Shown here: positions 33,395 through 41,405 of the stretch, piece by piece
How the letters are laid out: every line of letters begins with the position of its first letter
How positions within the stretch are numbered: the first letter of the stretch is position 1
IMG/VR virus record: IMGVR_UViG_3300045988_040573
DNA from: a virus
Reading direction: 5' to 3' (one strand)
Length of the DNA stretch: 41,536 nucleotides
Made by a program: the position numbers and the translations under genes
Notes under the pieces: model-generated
What the model was told of the DNA's origin: nothing
What the model saw: only the letters and a program-made list of their open reading frames with translations
Databases searched by the model: none

Positions 33395-33820
33395 TTCATC
33401 ACCCTCAAATTTTTACATGTTTTGCACTTCAAATGCGGTAAAATTTTTCTACCGTAGCAATCAAGAAAATATAAAGAAATATTTCTTCAAAAAATGCTAT
33501 GGGAATAAATGGAAGCTATGGTATAAAAAACATGTTAAGATTCTTACTGTAGTCAGAAAACACAGGAGGAATCAACAATGAATAACGTGGAACGTCTAAA
33601 GAATTACCAAAACCGTAATGCGGCAACCATTGAAGCCCTGTACCGTGCTGTGCTGCAAGACCGTGCAAGGAGGGGAGCAGACCATGAAGAAACTGCCTGA
33701 TTTGGATGTTTCACCAAGACACGGGCGCAGAAGACCGAAAAAGCGGATTATAAAGACTTGACAAATGAGTATTTTTGTGAAACTGCTATAATACAACTGC
33801 AAGTTGTATTATAGTTGTGT

Positions 33821-34237
33821 TCACAACTTCTTCTGCTTGCTTTTGAGCTCTTTTACGCGATTGATATAAGAATCTCTTTTTCCAATGTAGTTAGGATTTT
33901 TTATTTTTTTTAAGATGGCGAGAGCTTTATCATATTCGCCAATTTTTATATACAAATCAGGGAGCCGGAATGTCCATTTTGAACCGTCGAACAGCAGCCC
34001 GCCGCTTTTCCAGATTCCCTCCCAAAATTCAACCAAAAAACCAATATCACCCGTTTTTTCAAAATAGGATTCTGCGTATTTGATTTGTTCAAGTTGCTTG
34101 TTTTGCGCTTTTAAATCGCGCTGTAACTTTCTAATTTCTGGATCATCAGACACAACATTTTCAATCCTTTTTGATTGCGTTTGTTTAACAGGAACAGGCT
34201 TTTGCGGTTTTGGCTTCAAAAAGTCAAAAAAGCCCAT
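33821..34237 (-). CDS. Hypothetical protein in the AT-rich island
   Basis: 138-aa Lys-rich ORF in a clearly AT-rich segment. No recognisable motif. Confidence 0.5.
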   Translation of the reverse strand: MGFFDFLKPKPQKPVPVKQTQSKRIENVVSDDPEIRKLQRDLKAQNKQLEQIKYAESYFEKTGDIGFLVEFWEGIWKSGGLLFDGSKWTFRLPDLYIKIGEYDKALAILKKIKNPNYIGKRDSYINRVKELKSKQKKL

Positions 34238-34408
34238 AGTATCACAACCTTATTTAATTTGGGGGAATTATGATGAAAAAAGAACCATTGACAATCACAC
34301 AAAAAAGTACGATATTTAGTTCAAGATGGCAGGCAAAGCAGCTTTTGCGGCAGTTGCGGCCGGAAGAAGCCGTTAAAATATATAATGAAGTTGTAAAGGA
34401 GATAAAAA

Positions 34409-34804
34409 ATGTTCGGGAAAAGTCGAATTAAAGAACTTGAGCAGGAAAACGCATCCTTGAAAGAAAGGATTGAATATCTGAAAAAGGATGTGCAACATTA
34501 CAGAATTAGGTCGGCGCTGCTTGACAAAACCAACTTGCCGAAGGCAAAAAGCGTTGCTTGTTATAATTGCAAATACGCCGCGTATGTGCGGTACGGCGAA
34601 TGCGGCGTTGCGTTTTTGGGCTGTGGTCGCGCTTTGGCAAAAGGCGGCTGCGATGGGTACGAGTATACTGATGCCAACAGACCGAACCTTGACGAAATCC
34701 GAGATTACATGGTTACAGAGGGGAAAGATTGGCAGCCAAGTCAAGTGCTTTCTCAATGCGGCGTTTACGCAAATGTTCATACTCCGCCTTGCCTTGAACT
34801 GTAA
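34409..34804 (+). CDS. Hypothetical protein, coiled coil plus a Cys-rich domain
   Basis: RBS aaaggaga. KELEQENASLKERIEYLKKD followed by CYNC...C...C...C. The 3' end overlaps the convergent gene 34713..35027. Confidence 0.4.
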   Translation: MFGKSRIKELEQENASLKERIEYLKKDVQHYRIRSALLDKTNLPKAKSVACYNCKYAAYVRYGECGVAFLGCGRALAKGGCDGYEYTDANRPNLDEIRDYMVTEGKDWQPSQVLSQCGVYANVHTPPCLEL

Positions 34805-35027
34805 TTTGATAATACGCCGTCCCAGTATTATCTTTGTAACCACCCTCTCCGTCTGGAACCGCATCCCGCATTATTCGTCTAATTAGCCTTGTACGCGTTA
34901 GATAATCAATATGTTCATTCGGCTGTGAAATGCTTTCCCAACCGATCATAGCGGCAATTTCGTTTTCTTCTATTTCGTTATCGTACAACGCAGAAAGAAT
35001 TTTTGCGCATACTTTATCAAGTTTCAT
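34713..35027 (-). CDS. Small winged-helix-like protein co-transcribed with the repressor
   Basis: The start is coupled to the repressor stop. IDYLTRTRLIRR...YYQITVQGKAEYE resembles a wHTH. Confidence 0.5.
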   Translation of the reverse strand: MKLDKVCAKILSALYDNEIEENEIAAMIGWESISQPNEHIDYLTRTRLIRRIMRDAVPDGEGGYKDNTGTAYYQITVQGKAEYEHLRKRRIEKALDLAANLSPL

Positions 35028-35365
35028 TTTTTCACCAGCTTTGCCGACGCTTTTGCAATAAACAGCTTGAGCTGCTCTTCAGATGCGTCGTTGTCAATCC
35101 ACTTTTCAATATAGTCTACATCTAGCCCATCGCCTTGTGCGGTGGGCTTTTTTCCGTTTTCGGAATTCCCGGTCAGGTCGGCAACGGTGACTCCTAGCAA
35201 ACTGGCAACATCGGCTAGCATATGCTCTGGCAAATCGCGCCCATTTGCTAGCATTTCAGACAAATAGCCACGACTTTTCCCAAGCTCTGTACTAATATGC
35301 GTGAAGGCAATTCCTTTTTTCTTTGCTATTTTCTTTGCTTTTTCAACGTATCGCACACAAATCAC
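35024..35365 (-). CDS. CI-like repressor (XRE HTH)
   Basis: ISTELGKSRGYLSEMLANGRDLP forms the HTH. It is divergent from the cro-like gene across an operator-rich intergenic region. Confidence 0.7.
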   Translation of the reverse strand: MICVRYVEKAKKIAKKKGIAFTHISTELGKSRGYLSEMLANGRDLPEHMLADVASLLGVTVADLTGNSENGKKPTAQGDGLDVDYIEKWIDNDASEEQLKLFIAKASAKLVKK

Positions 35366-35394
35366 ACCGTTTCTTTGTGCATATTGCTAATTCG

Positions 35395-35444
35395 CTAGAA
35401 AATGCTAGATAACTATTTACATCTAGCATAAATGCTAGTATAAT
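35395..35444 (+). promoter_or_regulatory. Rightward early promoter with operators
   Basis: TTTACA (35416-35421), a 17-nt spacer, then TATAAT (35439-35444). The perfect palindrome CTAGCATAAATGCTAG (35423-35438) fills the spacer. A related site, CTAGAAAATGCTAG, is at 35395-35408. Confidence 0.65.
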
Positions 35445-35580
35445 AGATAGCACAGAGGGCAACAAAGAACCAGGCCCCCTAAAATTCAGCGGACTAGCTA
35501 AAAATATGCTGTTATAAATCTCGCAAGTTCATAGTAGCATATTTTCTAGTAATAGTCAACTAGAAAGGAGCTTTTGCTAG

Positions 35581-35775
35581 GTGAATATTTCGAAAATTGA
35601 TGCGCTGTGCCGAAAAAACAATATTTCTCGCACAATCCTTGAGGAACGCGCCGGAATCTCAAACGGTGCACTTGGCAAGTGGGAGAAATCGCCTTACGGC
35701 CCCAGCATCACGACGCTAAAGAAAGTGGCTGACTATTTCGGCGTGCCGATTGATTACTTGCTAGCCGATAACTAG
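35581..35775 (+). CDS. Cro-like HTH regulator
   Basis: GTG start with RBS gaaaggag. ISRTILEERAGISNGALGKWEKS forms the HTH. 64 aa. Confidence 0.7.
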   Translation: MNISKIDALCRKNNISRTILEERAGISNGALGKWEKSPYGPSITTLKKVADYFGVPIDYLLADN

Positions 35776-35829
35776 AAAGATGGAGGCGGCTGTAAGTGAA
35801 CTGATCGCAGAAAGAAAGGAGTGAACGCC

Positions 35830-36132
35830 ATGACAAACCTTGCTTTTACAGCTCTTATAAAAAGCAGGGGCTACAACAAACAGCGCCTTGCAGATGTCTG
35901 CGGCTTGTCTAAAACGCAGATGTCAAACCGCATCAACGGCGCTAATGATTGGCGCTGGCCGGAGGTTGGCAAAGCATGCGCCGCACTGGGCATAACGCTT
36001 GACGAATTTGCAACGTATTACCCGGTGGCGGACGTGCCAAAATCTACCGTCACGCCTACCGCCTCGCAGGACAACATTACAGAGTTTGAAAACCTGCGTA
36101 CTGCATTGATTAACTTTTTAAAAGGAGCCTGA
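35830..36132 (+). CDS. HTH DNA-binding protein
   Basis: RBS aaaggag 8 nt before ATG 35830. NKQRLADVCGLSKTQMSNRINGAND forms the HTH. Confidence 0.55.
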   Translation: MTNLAFTALIKSRGYNKQRLADVCGLSKTQMSNRINGANDWRWPEVGKACAALGITLDEFATYYPVADVPKSTVTPTASQDNITEFENLRTALINFLKGA

Positions 36133-36136
36133 TCAC

Positions 36137-36388
36137 ATGACAAAAACAAAAACGCCGCCCCGGTGCACCACCACCGGAACGGCAAAAAAACAGAGCATCG
36201 CAAAAAGCTCTAACTGTATTCTATCACTGAAACGCGCCGCCGTCAAGCTGGCAATCACCGCAGATTTGGTGCTGCTGCTGGCTTCGCTCGGTTCTCTCAA
36301 CATCCCCACCACCATCGCCGCCCTGCTGGCGCTGAATCTGCTGTGCGGGCTGTATCCAAAGGAGGCATCCAGCCATGAAGAAATTTGA
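36137..36388 (+). CDS. Small membrane protein
   Basis: RBS aaaggag. A basic N-terminus followed by two hydrophobic segments. Confidence 0.45.
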   Translation: MTKTKTPPRCTTTGTAKKQSIAKSSNCILSLKRAAVKLAITADLVLLLASLGSLNIPTTIAALLALNLLCGLYPKEASSHEEI

Positions 36389-37397
36389 ACTGACCGCCGA
36401 ATTTGTAACGAACATTTTCGGGAAGAAGCTGTTCCGTATTAAGGCTCTCGTCGCTTTTTGCGACGTTGAGAAGGGAGAACTCGGCGGATTTATTGAGAAG
36501 GAAGATAACCTCTCCCACTCCGGCGATGCGTGGGTCTACGGCGATGCGCAGGTCTACGGCAATGCGCAGGTCTACGGCAATGCGCAGGTCTCCGGCGATG
36601 CGTGGGTCTACGGCGATGCGCAGGTCTACGGCGATGCGTGGGTCTCCGGCAATGCGCGGGTCTACGGCGATGCGCGGGTCTACGGCGATGCGCGGGTCTA
36701 CGGCAATGCGCAGGTCTACGGCGATGCGCGGGTCTACGGCAATGCGCAGGTCTCCGGCAATGCGCAGGTCTCCGGCGATGCGTGGGGCTACTGCGATGCG
36801 CAGGTCTACGGCGATGCGTGGGTCTCCGGCAATGCGCGGGTCTACGGCGATGCGCGGGTCTACGGCGATGCGCGGGTCTACGGCAATGCGCAGGTCTACG
36901 GCGATGCGCGGGTCTACGGCAATGCGCAGGTCTCCGGCAATGCGCAGGTCTCCGGCGATGCGTGGGGCTACTGCGATGCGCAGGTCTACGGCGATGCGTG
37001 GGTCTCCGGCAATGCGCGGGTCTACGGCGATGCGCGGGTCTACGGCAATGCGCGGGTCTACGGCGATGCGCGGGTCTACGGCAATGCGCAGGTCTACGGC
37101 AATGCGCAGGTCTCCGGCGATGCGTGGGTCTCCGGCGATGCGTGGGTCTCCGGCAATGCAGACTACGCCGTTGTTACAGGCTTTGGTCACTGCTTCCGCG
37201 CGACCACATTTTTCCGATGCAAGGATAAAATTCTCCGCGTACAGTGTGGTTGCTTTTATGGTGATTTGGCGAAGTTCCGTGAGATCGTCAAGAAAACTCA
37301 CGGCGACAGCAAATACGCCAAAGAGTACCTTGCGATTGCCGACTTGATGGAGCTGCATTTTTCTGATGAGGAAGAAAATCAGGAGGCCGACAAATGA
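36375..37397 (+). CDS. Hexapeptide-repeat (G-[DN]-A-x-V-[YS]) beta-helix-like protein
   Basis: N-terminal domain (LFRIKALVAFCDVEKGELGGFIEKEDNLSHSGDAWV), about 35 hexapeptide repeats, and a Cys-containing C-terminal domain. Of the four open frames here, this is the only one with an RBS, a start codon and non-repeat flanks. Confidence 0.7.
   Translation: MKKFELTAEFVTNIFGKKLFRIKALVAFCDVEKGELGGFIEKEDNLSHSGDAWVYGDAQVYGNAQVYGNAQVSGDAWVYGDAQVYGDAWVSGNARVYGDARVYGDARVYGNAQVYGDARVYGNAQVSGNAQVSGDAWGYCDAQVYGDAWVSGNARVYGDARVYGDARVYGNAQVYGDARVYGNAQVSGNAQVSGDAWGYCDAQVYGDAWVSGNARVYGDARVYGNARVYGDARVYGNAQVYGNAQVSGDAWVSGDAWVSGNADYAVVTGFGHCFRATTFFRCKDKILRVQCGCFYGDLAKFREIVKKTHGDSKYAKEYLAIADLMELHFSDEEENQEADK
36522..37160 (+). 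repeat. 18-nt tandem coding repeat array with a perfect 180-bp higher-order duplication
   Basis: The unit is ggcRatgcgNRggtctMc. Segment 36613-36866 is identical to 36793-37046 at an offset of 180 bp. Confidence 0.9.
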
Positions 37398-37597
37398 CTA
37401 GCTTTTGGGGCCATCAAGACAACCCCTTTCCGCCCTATGATGATGAACCGATTTGAACGGACGCTGACGGCATACCGTACTACGAGGGCGACTATATTGT
37501 AGACATCGACGGCGCGATTTACCGCTACGATGATTTGGACGTGAAAACAGTTTTGACCGCGCTCGGCATCCCGATTGCGGTTGCAGCAGAGGGATAA
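37394..37597 (+). pseudogene. Small ORF interrupted by an in-frame TGA at 37454-37456 (nonsense-disrupted, or read through)
   Basis: MTSFWGHQDNPFPPYDDEPI-stop-TDADGIPYYEGDYIVDIDGAIYRYDDLDVKTVLTALGIPIAVAAEG. The 3' part looks coding but has no start codon of its own. Confidence 0.4.
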
Positions 37598-37599
37598 AG

Positions 37600-37800
37600 A
37601 TGACTTGCGAGAGAATGAGAACCGCATTTGAGGACAACGCCCCTGATAAATACCAGAAACACTTTCAGGCCATGCAACAGATTATACATGACCGCTCTAC
37701 GCCAGACTTCATCAAATATCAGCAGATGCGAGACCTTACGCTTTCCGCTGAAACAGGGATGAGCCAGAGCATGCGCAGATTCGAATACATGGAGGTTTGA
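37600..37800 (+). CDS. Hypothetical protein
   Basis: RBS agaggga. 66 aa, in the co-directional early operon. Confidence 0.45.
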   Translation: MTCERMRTAFEDNAPDKYQKHFQAMQQIIHDRSTPDFIKYQQMRDLTLSAETGMSQSMRRFEYMEV

Positions 37801-37803
37801 CAA

Positions 37804-38697
37804 ATGGAAACGAAATTGCAGGTAATCACGCTGAAACAGTTGCCCATTATCGAAGAGCATCTTCAGCTGGTGAAAGCCGATGTAGAGACCCGCACGAAGA
37901 ACGCGATGCAGCTTGTTTGCACGGAAGAAACGCGCGGAGATGTAAAGAAAATCCGCACGGAACTGGGCAAAGAGTTTGCATCGATGGAAGAACAGCGAAA
38001 GCGCGTTAAAGAAGCCATCATGGAGCCGTACAACCAGTTTGAAGCGGTTTATAAGGACTGCATCTCCGACCCGTACAAGAAGGCAGATGCCGAGCTTAAG
38101 CGCCGCATCGATGAGGTAGAAGCAGGCTTGAAGGCCGATAAGGTCAAGGCCGTACAGAGCTACTTTGACGAGCTTTGCAAAGCAAATAATCTGCCGTGGC
38201 TGCGTTTTGAGCAGATGAACCTTAAAATCGGGCTTTCTACCAGCGTGAACGGCACAAAGACCGCGCTTACATCGACGGTTCTTAAAATCGCCGAAGAGGT
38301 GCAGGAACTTTCCCGCCATGATGACGCCGCAGAGTTGCTGGTCGAGTACAAAAAATCGCTGAATGTTGCGCTGGCGTTGAGTACAGTTCGCGCCAGACAC
38401 GCCATGATCGAACTTCAAAAGCAGCGTGTCGCCGAGCGCCGCGCTGCACTGGAACAGCAGCAGGCGGCAGAAGAAAAGGTACAGCAGGCCATCGAAGAAG
38501 CGCGAGAGACGCAGCCTGACGCAGTACAGCCGCCTGTTGAAGAAGTACCCGTCCCCGATGAAGAACCACTTACAGAAACGCCAGCCGCCGCGCAGGACGT
38601 TTACGAGGTCAAGTTTGCAGTTCGCGGCACCATTGAACAGTTGAAGAAACTGAAACAGTTTATTTTGCAGGAGGGTATGACCTATGACGACATCTAA
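37804..38697 (+). CDS. DUF1351-like protein (RecT-module partner)
   Basis: A ~300-aa helical protein with the N-terminal LPIIEEHLQLVKADVE block, directly upstream of recT as in many Firmicutes phages. Confidence 0.6.
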   Translation: METKLQVITLKQLPIIEEHLQLVKADVETRTKNAMQLVCTEETRGDVKKIRTELGKEFASMEEQRKRVKEAIMEPYNQFEAVYKDCISDPYKKADAELKRRIDEVEAGLKADKVKAVQSYFDELCKANNLPWLRFEQMNLKIGLSTSVNGTKTALTSTVLKIAEEVQELSRHDDAAELLVEYKKSLNVALALSTVRARHAMIELQKQRVAERRAALEQQQAAEEKVQQAIEEARETQPDAVQPPVEEVPVPDEEPLTETPAAAQDVYEVKFAVRGTIEQLKKLKQFILQEGMTYDDI

Positions 38698-39646
38698 TCA
38701 GCAGTTGACACAGAAACCGAAGTTTTCCGTTGCGATCAATACGCAGGGATACCAGAACCTTATTAACAACACCTTGCGCGACCCGGACCGTGCGCGGCGT
38801 TTTACGGCAAGCATTACAAGCGCCGTTGCGGTGAATCCCGCTTTGCAGGAGTGTGATGCAGGGACGATTCTTGCGGGTGCCCTGCTGGGCGAATCGCTCA
38901 ACCTCAGCCCTTCCCCGCAGTTGGGTCAGTATTACCTCGTGCCGTTCAAGCAGAAGGCCAAGTATGACCGAGACGGCAACATGATTCGCCCGGAAACCAC
39001 CACCGCCACATTCGTGCTTGGTTACAAAGGCTATGTCCAGCTGGCATTGCGCAGCGGCCAGTACAAAGACCTTGATGTTATGGTTATCAAGCAGGGCGAG
39101 TACAGCGGCAAAGACCCCGAAACCGGAAAAGCCCGGTTTAAGTTTATCGAGGACGATGATGTGCGCGATGCCCTGCCGACAGTCGGTTACATGGCATTCT
39201 TTGAGTACCTGAACGGATTCCGCAAGGTGCTGTATTGGAGCAAAGAAAAGATGATGACCCATGCAGACACCTACAGCCCGGCATTCAGTCGCAAAGGCTA
39301 TGAGGATTTGCTCGCCGGGAAAGTTCCGCAGAGAGAAATGTGGAGATATTCCTCGTTCTGGTACAAGAACTTTGATGACATGGCAAAGAAAACCATGCTT
39401 CGTCAGCTTATTTCCCGCTGGGGCGTTATGAGCGTTGATATGCAAACGGCACTTGAGCATGATGACACCATCACGCATGACAACGACGGCCAGCTTATTG
39501 CAGAGCGCGTCGCGTCCGCAAAGGATGTACGTCTTGAAGCTGTTACACAGCCTGTACCACAGATTGATCAGCCGCAAGCCGAACAGGCCGTTGAAGCCAA
39601 GACCGCAGCCGCCGAGCCGAAGAAAATCGACTTTAGCAGCCTGTAA
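38684..39646 (+). CDS. recT: RecT-family single-strand annealing recombinase
   Basis: ASITSAVAVNPALQECDAGTILAGALLGESLNLSPSPQLGQYYLVPF and GYKGYVQLALRSGQY blocks. Confidence 0.85.
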   Translation: MTTSNQQLTQKPKFSVAINTQGYQNLINNTLRDPDRARRFTASITSAVAVNPALQECDAGTILAGALLGESLNLSPSPQLGQYYLVPFKQKAKYDRDGNMIRPETTTATFVLGYKGYVQLALRSGQYKDLDVMVIKQGEYSGKDPETGKARFKFIEDDDVRDALPTVGYMAFFEYLNGFRKVLYWSKEKMMTHADTYSPAFSRKGYEDLLAGKVPQREMWRYSSFWYKNFDDMAKKTMLRQLISRWGVMSVDMQTALEHDDTITHDNDGQLIAERVASAKDVRLEAVTQPVPQIDQPQAEQAVEAKTAAAEPKKIDFSSL

Positions 39647-39647
39647 G

Positions 39648-40301
39648 ATGGACTGCAAGATTATTTCAACCGGAAGCCAAGGGAACGCCGTTCTCATTCA
39701 AAACTCAATATTGATTGATTGCGGCGTTTCATTTTCTCGGTTGACGGACGATTACAAATGCCTGAAGCTCGTGTTGCTCACACATATCCACGGCGACCAC
39801 TTCAACCCCGCCACGCTTCGCAGGCTCGCCAGAGAGCGGCCCACATTGCGTTTTGCGTGTTGTGTGTGGTTATGTGCAGCCCTCGTGAATGCTGGCGTTA
39901 AAATGGGCCAGATTGACGTGATACGAACAGAACGCTGGTACAACTACAAGAATCTGTGCAGAATTAAGGCGCAGGAAACAAAGCATGATGTACAAAATTG
40001 CTGCTGGCATATAGAGCTGCCGCAGTCTCCCGTTGAAAGATTGTTCTATGCTACCGACGCAAACAATCTGAACGGAATAACAGCCAAAGGCTATAATCTC
40101 TATCTCGTCGAAGCCAACTACACAGAAGCGGACATTAAAGACCGCATAGCCGAAAAGAAAATTAACGGCGAGTTTGTGTATGAAAAGCGCGTGATGCACG
40201 AGCATTTGAGTAAAGAGAAAGCCGACGATTGGCTATACCAGAACATGACAGCGCATTCCGAGTACATTTATATGCACTGCCATCAAGATAAGGACAACTG
40301 A
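39648..40301 (+). CDS. MBL-fold metallo-hydrolase (putative recombination nuclease)
   Basis: LLTHIHGDH contains the HxHxDH motif. ATG 39648 lies 2 nt after the recT stop. The longer 39435 start was rejected. Confidence 0.7.
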   Translation: MDCKIISTGSQGNAVLIQNSILIDCGVSFSRLTDDYKCLKLVLLTHIHGDHFNPATLRRLARERPTLRFACCVWLCAALVNAGVKMGQIDVIRTERWYNYKNLCRIKAQETKHDVQNCCWHIELPQSPVERLFYATDANNLNGITAKGYNLYLVEANYTEADIKDRIAEKKINGEFVYEKRVMHEHLSKEKADDWLYQNMTAHSEYIYMHCHQDKDN

Positions 40302-40303
40302 AT

Positions 40304-41056
40304 ATGGCTGAATTGAAATATATCCCTTTTTATCCCGGGTATATGGAAGATACGTCCGACCTTTCGGACGGTGAGTTTCGACGGCTTATGTATGCGCTTT
40401 GCGCTTATTGCGAAGGAGCAGAACGGCCCGAGCCGCTCACTGGCAAGGAAGTGATTGCGTATCGGTTCATCACCCGTAATATCAAGGTATCTCAAGAACA
40501 GTACAACGCAAAATGCAGGAAAAATTCAGAAAACGCTAAAAAACGAACGATAGCGAACGATAGCGAACGCAATCGTTCGCAAGCGAACGGTAGCCAAACA
40601 AGCCAATACAAAGAACAAAGAACAAATAACAAAGAACAAAATATTACTACTACTACGACTACCGCGCAAGCGCGCGAAGGCTTGCAGCAGTGTGTCGAGT
40701 GTTACGAGCAGAACATTGGCGCACTTCCTCGTGCTGCATTTGATAGCATTGTGGGCTATCTGGAACAGGTAGAGCCTGACCTTGTTTGCGAGGCAATCAA
40801 TCAGGCCGCTATCAACAATAAGCGTTCGTGGGGCTATGCGCAGGCGATTTTACGTGACTGTCTGCAAAAGAACATTACCACCCGCGCGGCGTATCTTGCC
40901 GAGAAAGAGGCCAGAAGCCAGCAGAAAGGAACTTCACAACGGCAGCAGATGAAAACCACACAAGAAAAGCTGCGCGAAATCGCGAAAGGAGGCATAGCAG
41001 ATGACGTATCAGCAGACGGCGGCGCTCCTGTCGCTGGCTATGAATTACTGGGATAA
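40304..41056 (+). CDS. Replisome organiser (DUF1376-like N-terminus plus a DnaD-like C-terminal domain)
   Basis: YIPFYPGYMEDTSDLSDGEFRRLMYAL at the N-terminus. CYEQNIGALP...AINNKRSWGYAQAILRDCLQKNITT (DnaD/DnaB_2-like) at the C-terminus. Confidence 0.7.
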   Translation: MAELKYIPFYPGYMEDTSDLSDGEFRRLMYALCAYCEGAERPEPLTGKEVIAYRFITRNIKVSQEQYNAKCRKNSENAKKRTIANDSERNRSQANGSQTSQYKEQRTNNKEQNITTTTTTAQAREGLQQCVECYEQNIGALPRAAFDSIVGYLEQVEPDLVCEAINQAAINNKRSWGYAQAILRDCLQKNITTRAAYLAEKEARSQQKGTSQRQQMKTTQEKLREIAKGGIADDVSADGGAPVAGYELLG

Positions 41057-41396
41057 CATTTGCAGCAAAACGAACGCCGAGGAAACTGCCAAAGCCTGGG
41101 CGACGTCGCTTGCCGACGTCCCCTACAGCGCCGCACTGAAAGCCGTGCAGGAGCTTTCCAAAACGCACCGATTCAAGCCAACTGTAAGCGAGGTGCGGGA
41201 AGCTGCTGTCAAATACAGCGCATACAACGTCGCCGATAACTGGTCTATGCGCCTTGCGTGGGACAGATACAAAGAGCTTGGAGTTCCGCTGCCGAAATGG
41301 TTTTCCGCTGGCGTGGTGCAGCTTGGCGATAACGCACCGGAAAGCTACAAGCTGGCGATATTGGGAAACTGCGATAGAGAAAGAATTTCATGTTGA
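41001..41396 (+). CDS. G39P-like helicase loader/inhibitor N-terminal domain protein
   Basis: RBS aaaggagg. AKAWATSLADVPYSAALKAVQELSKTHRFKPTVSEVREAA matches the G39P-like pattern. Confidence 0.55.
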   Translation: MTYQQTAALLSLAMNYWDNICSKTNAEETAKAWATSLADVPYSAALKAVQELSKTHRFKPTVSEVREAAVKYSAYNVADNWSMRLAWDRYKELGVPLPKWFSAGVVQLGDNAPESYKLAILGNCDRERISC

Positions 41397-41405
41397 GGTG
41401 AAAAT

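Noticed and set aside
36522-37160. Possible CRISPR array or other non-coding tandem repeat.
   Set aside because: The units are contiguous with no spacers. The period is 18 nt (6 codons), and variation is concentrated at positions that change D/N, Q/R/W and Y/S within a coherent hexapeptide. It is a coding repeat.
36297-37358. Three additional long ORFs across the 18-nt repeat array: 36297..37358 on the - strand, and 36466..37347 and 36530..37228 on the + strand.
   Set aside because: The repeat unit contains no stop codon in these frames, so they stay open by construction. They have no independent start context or non-repeat domains. Only 36375..37397 has an RBS and N- and C-terminal globular domains.
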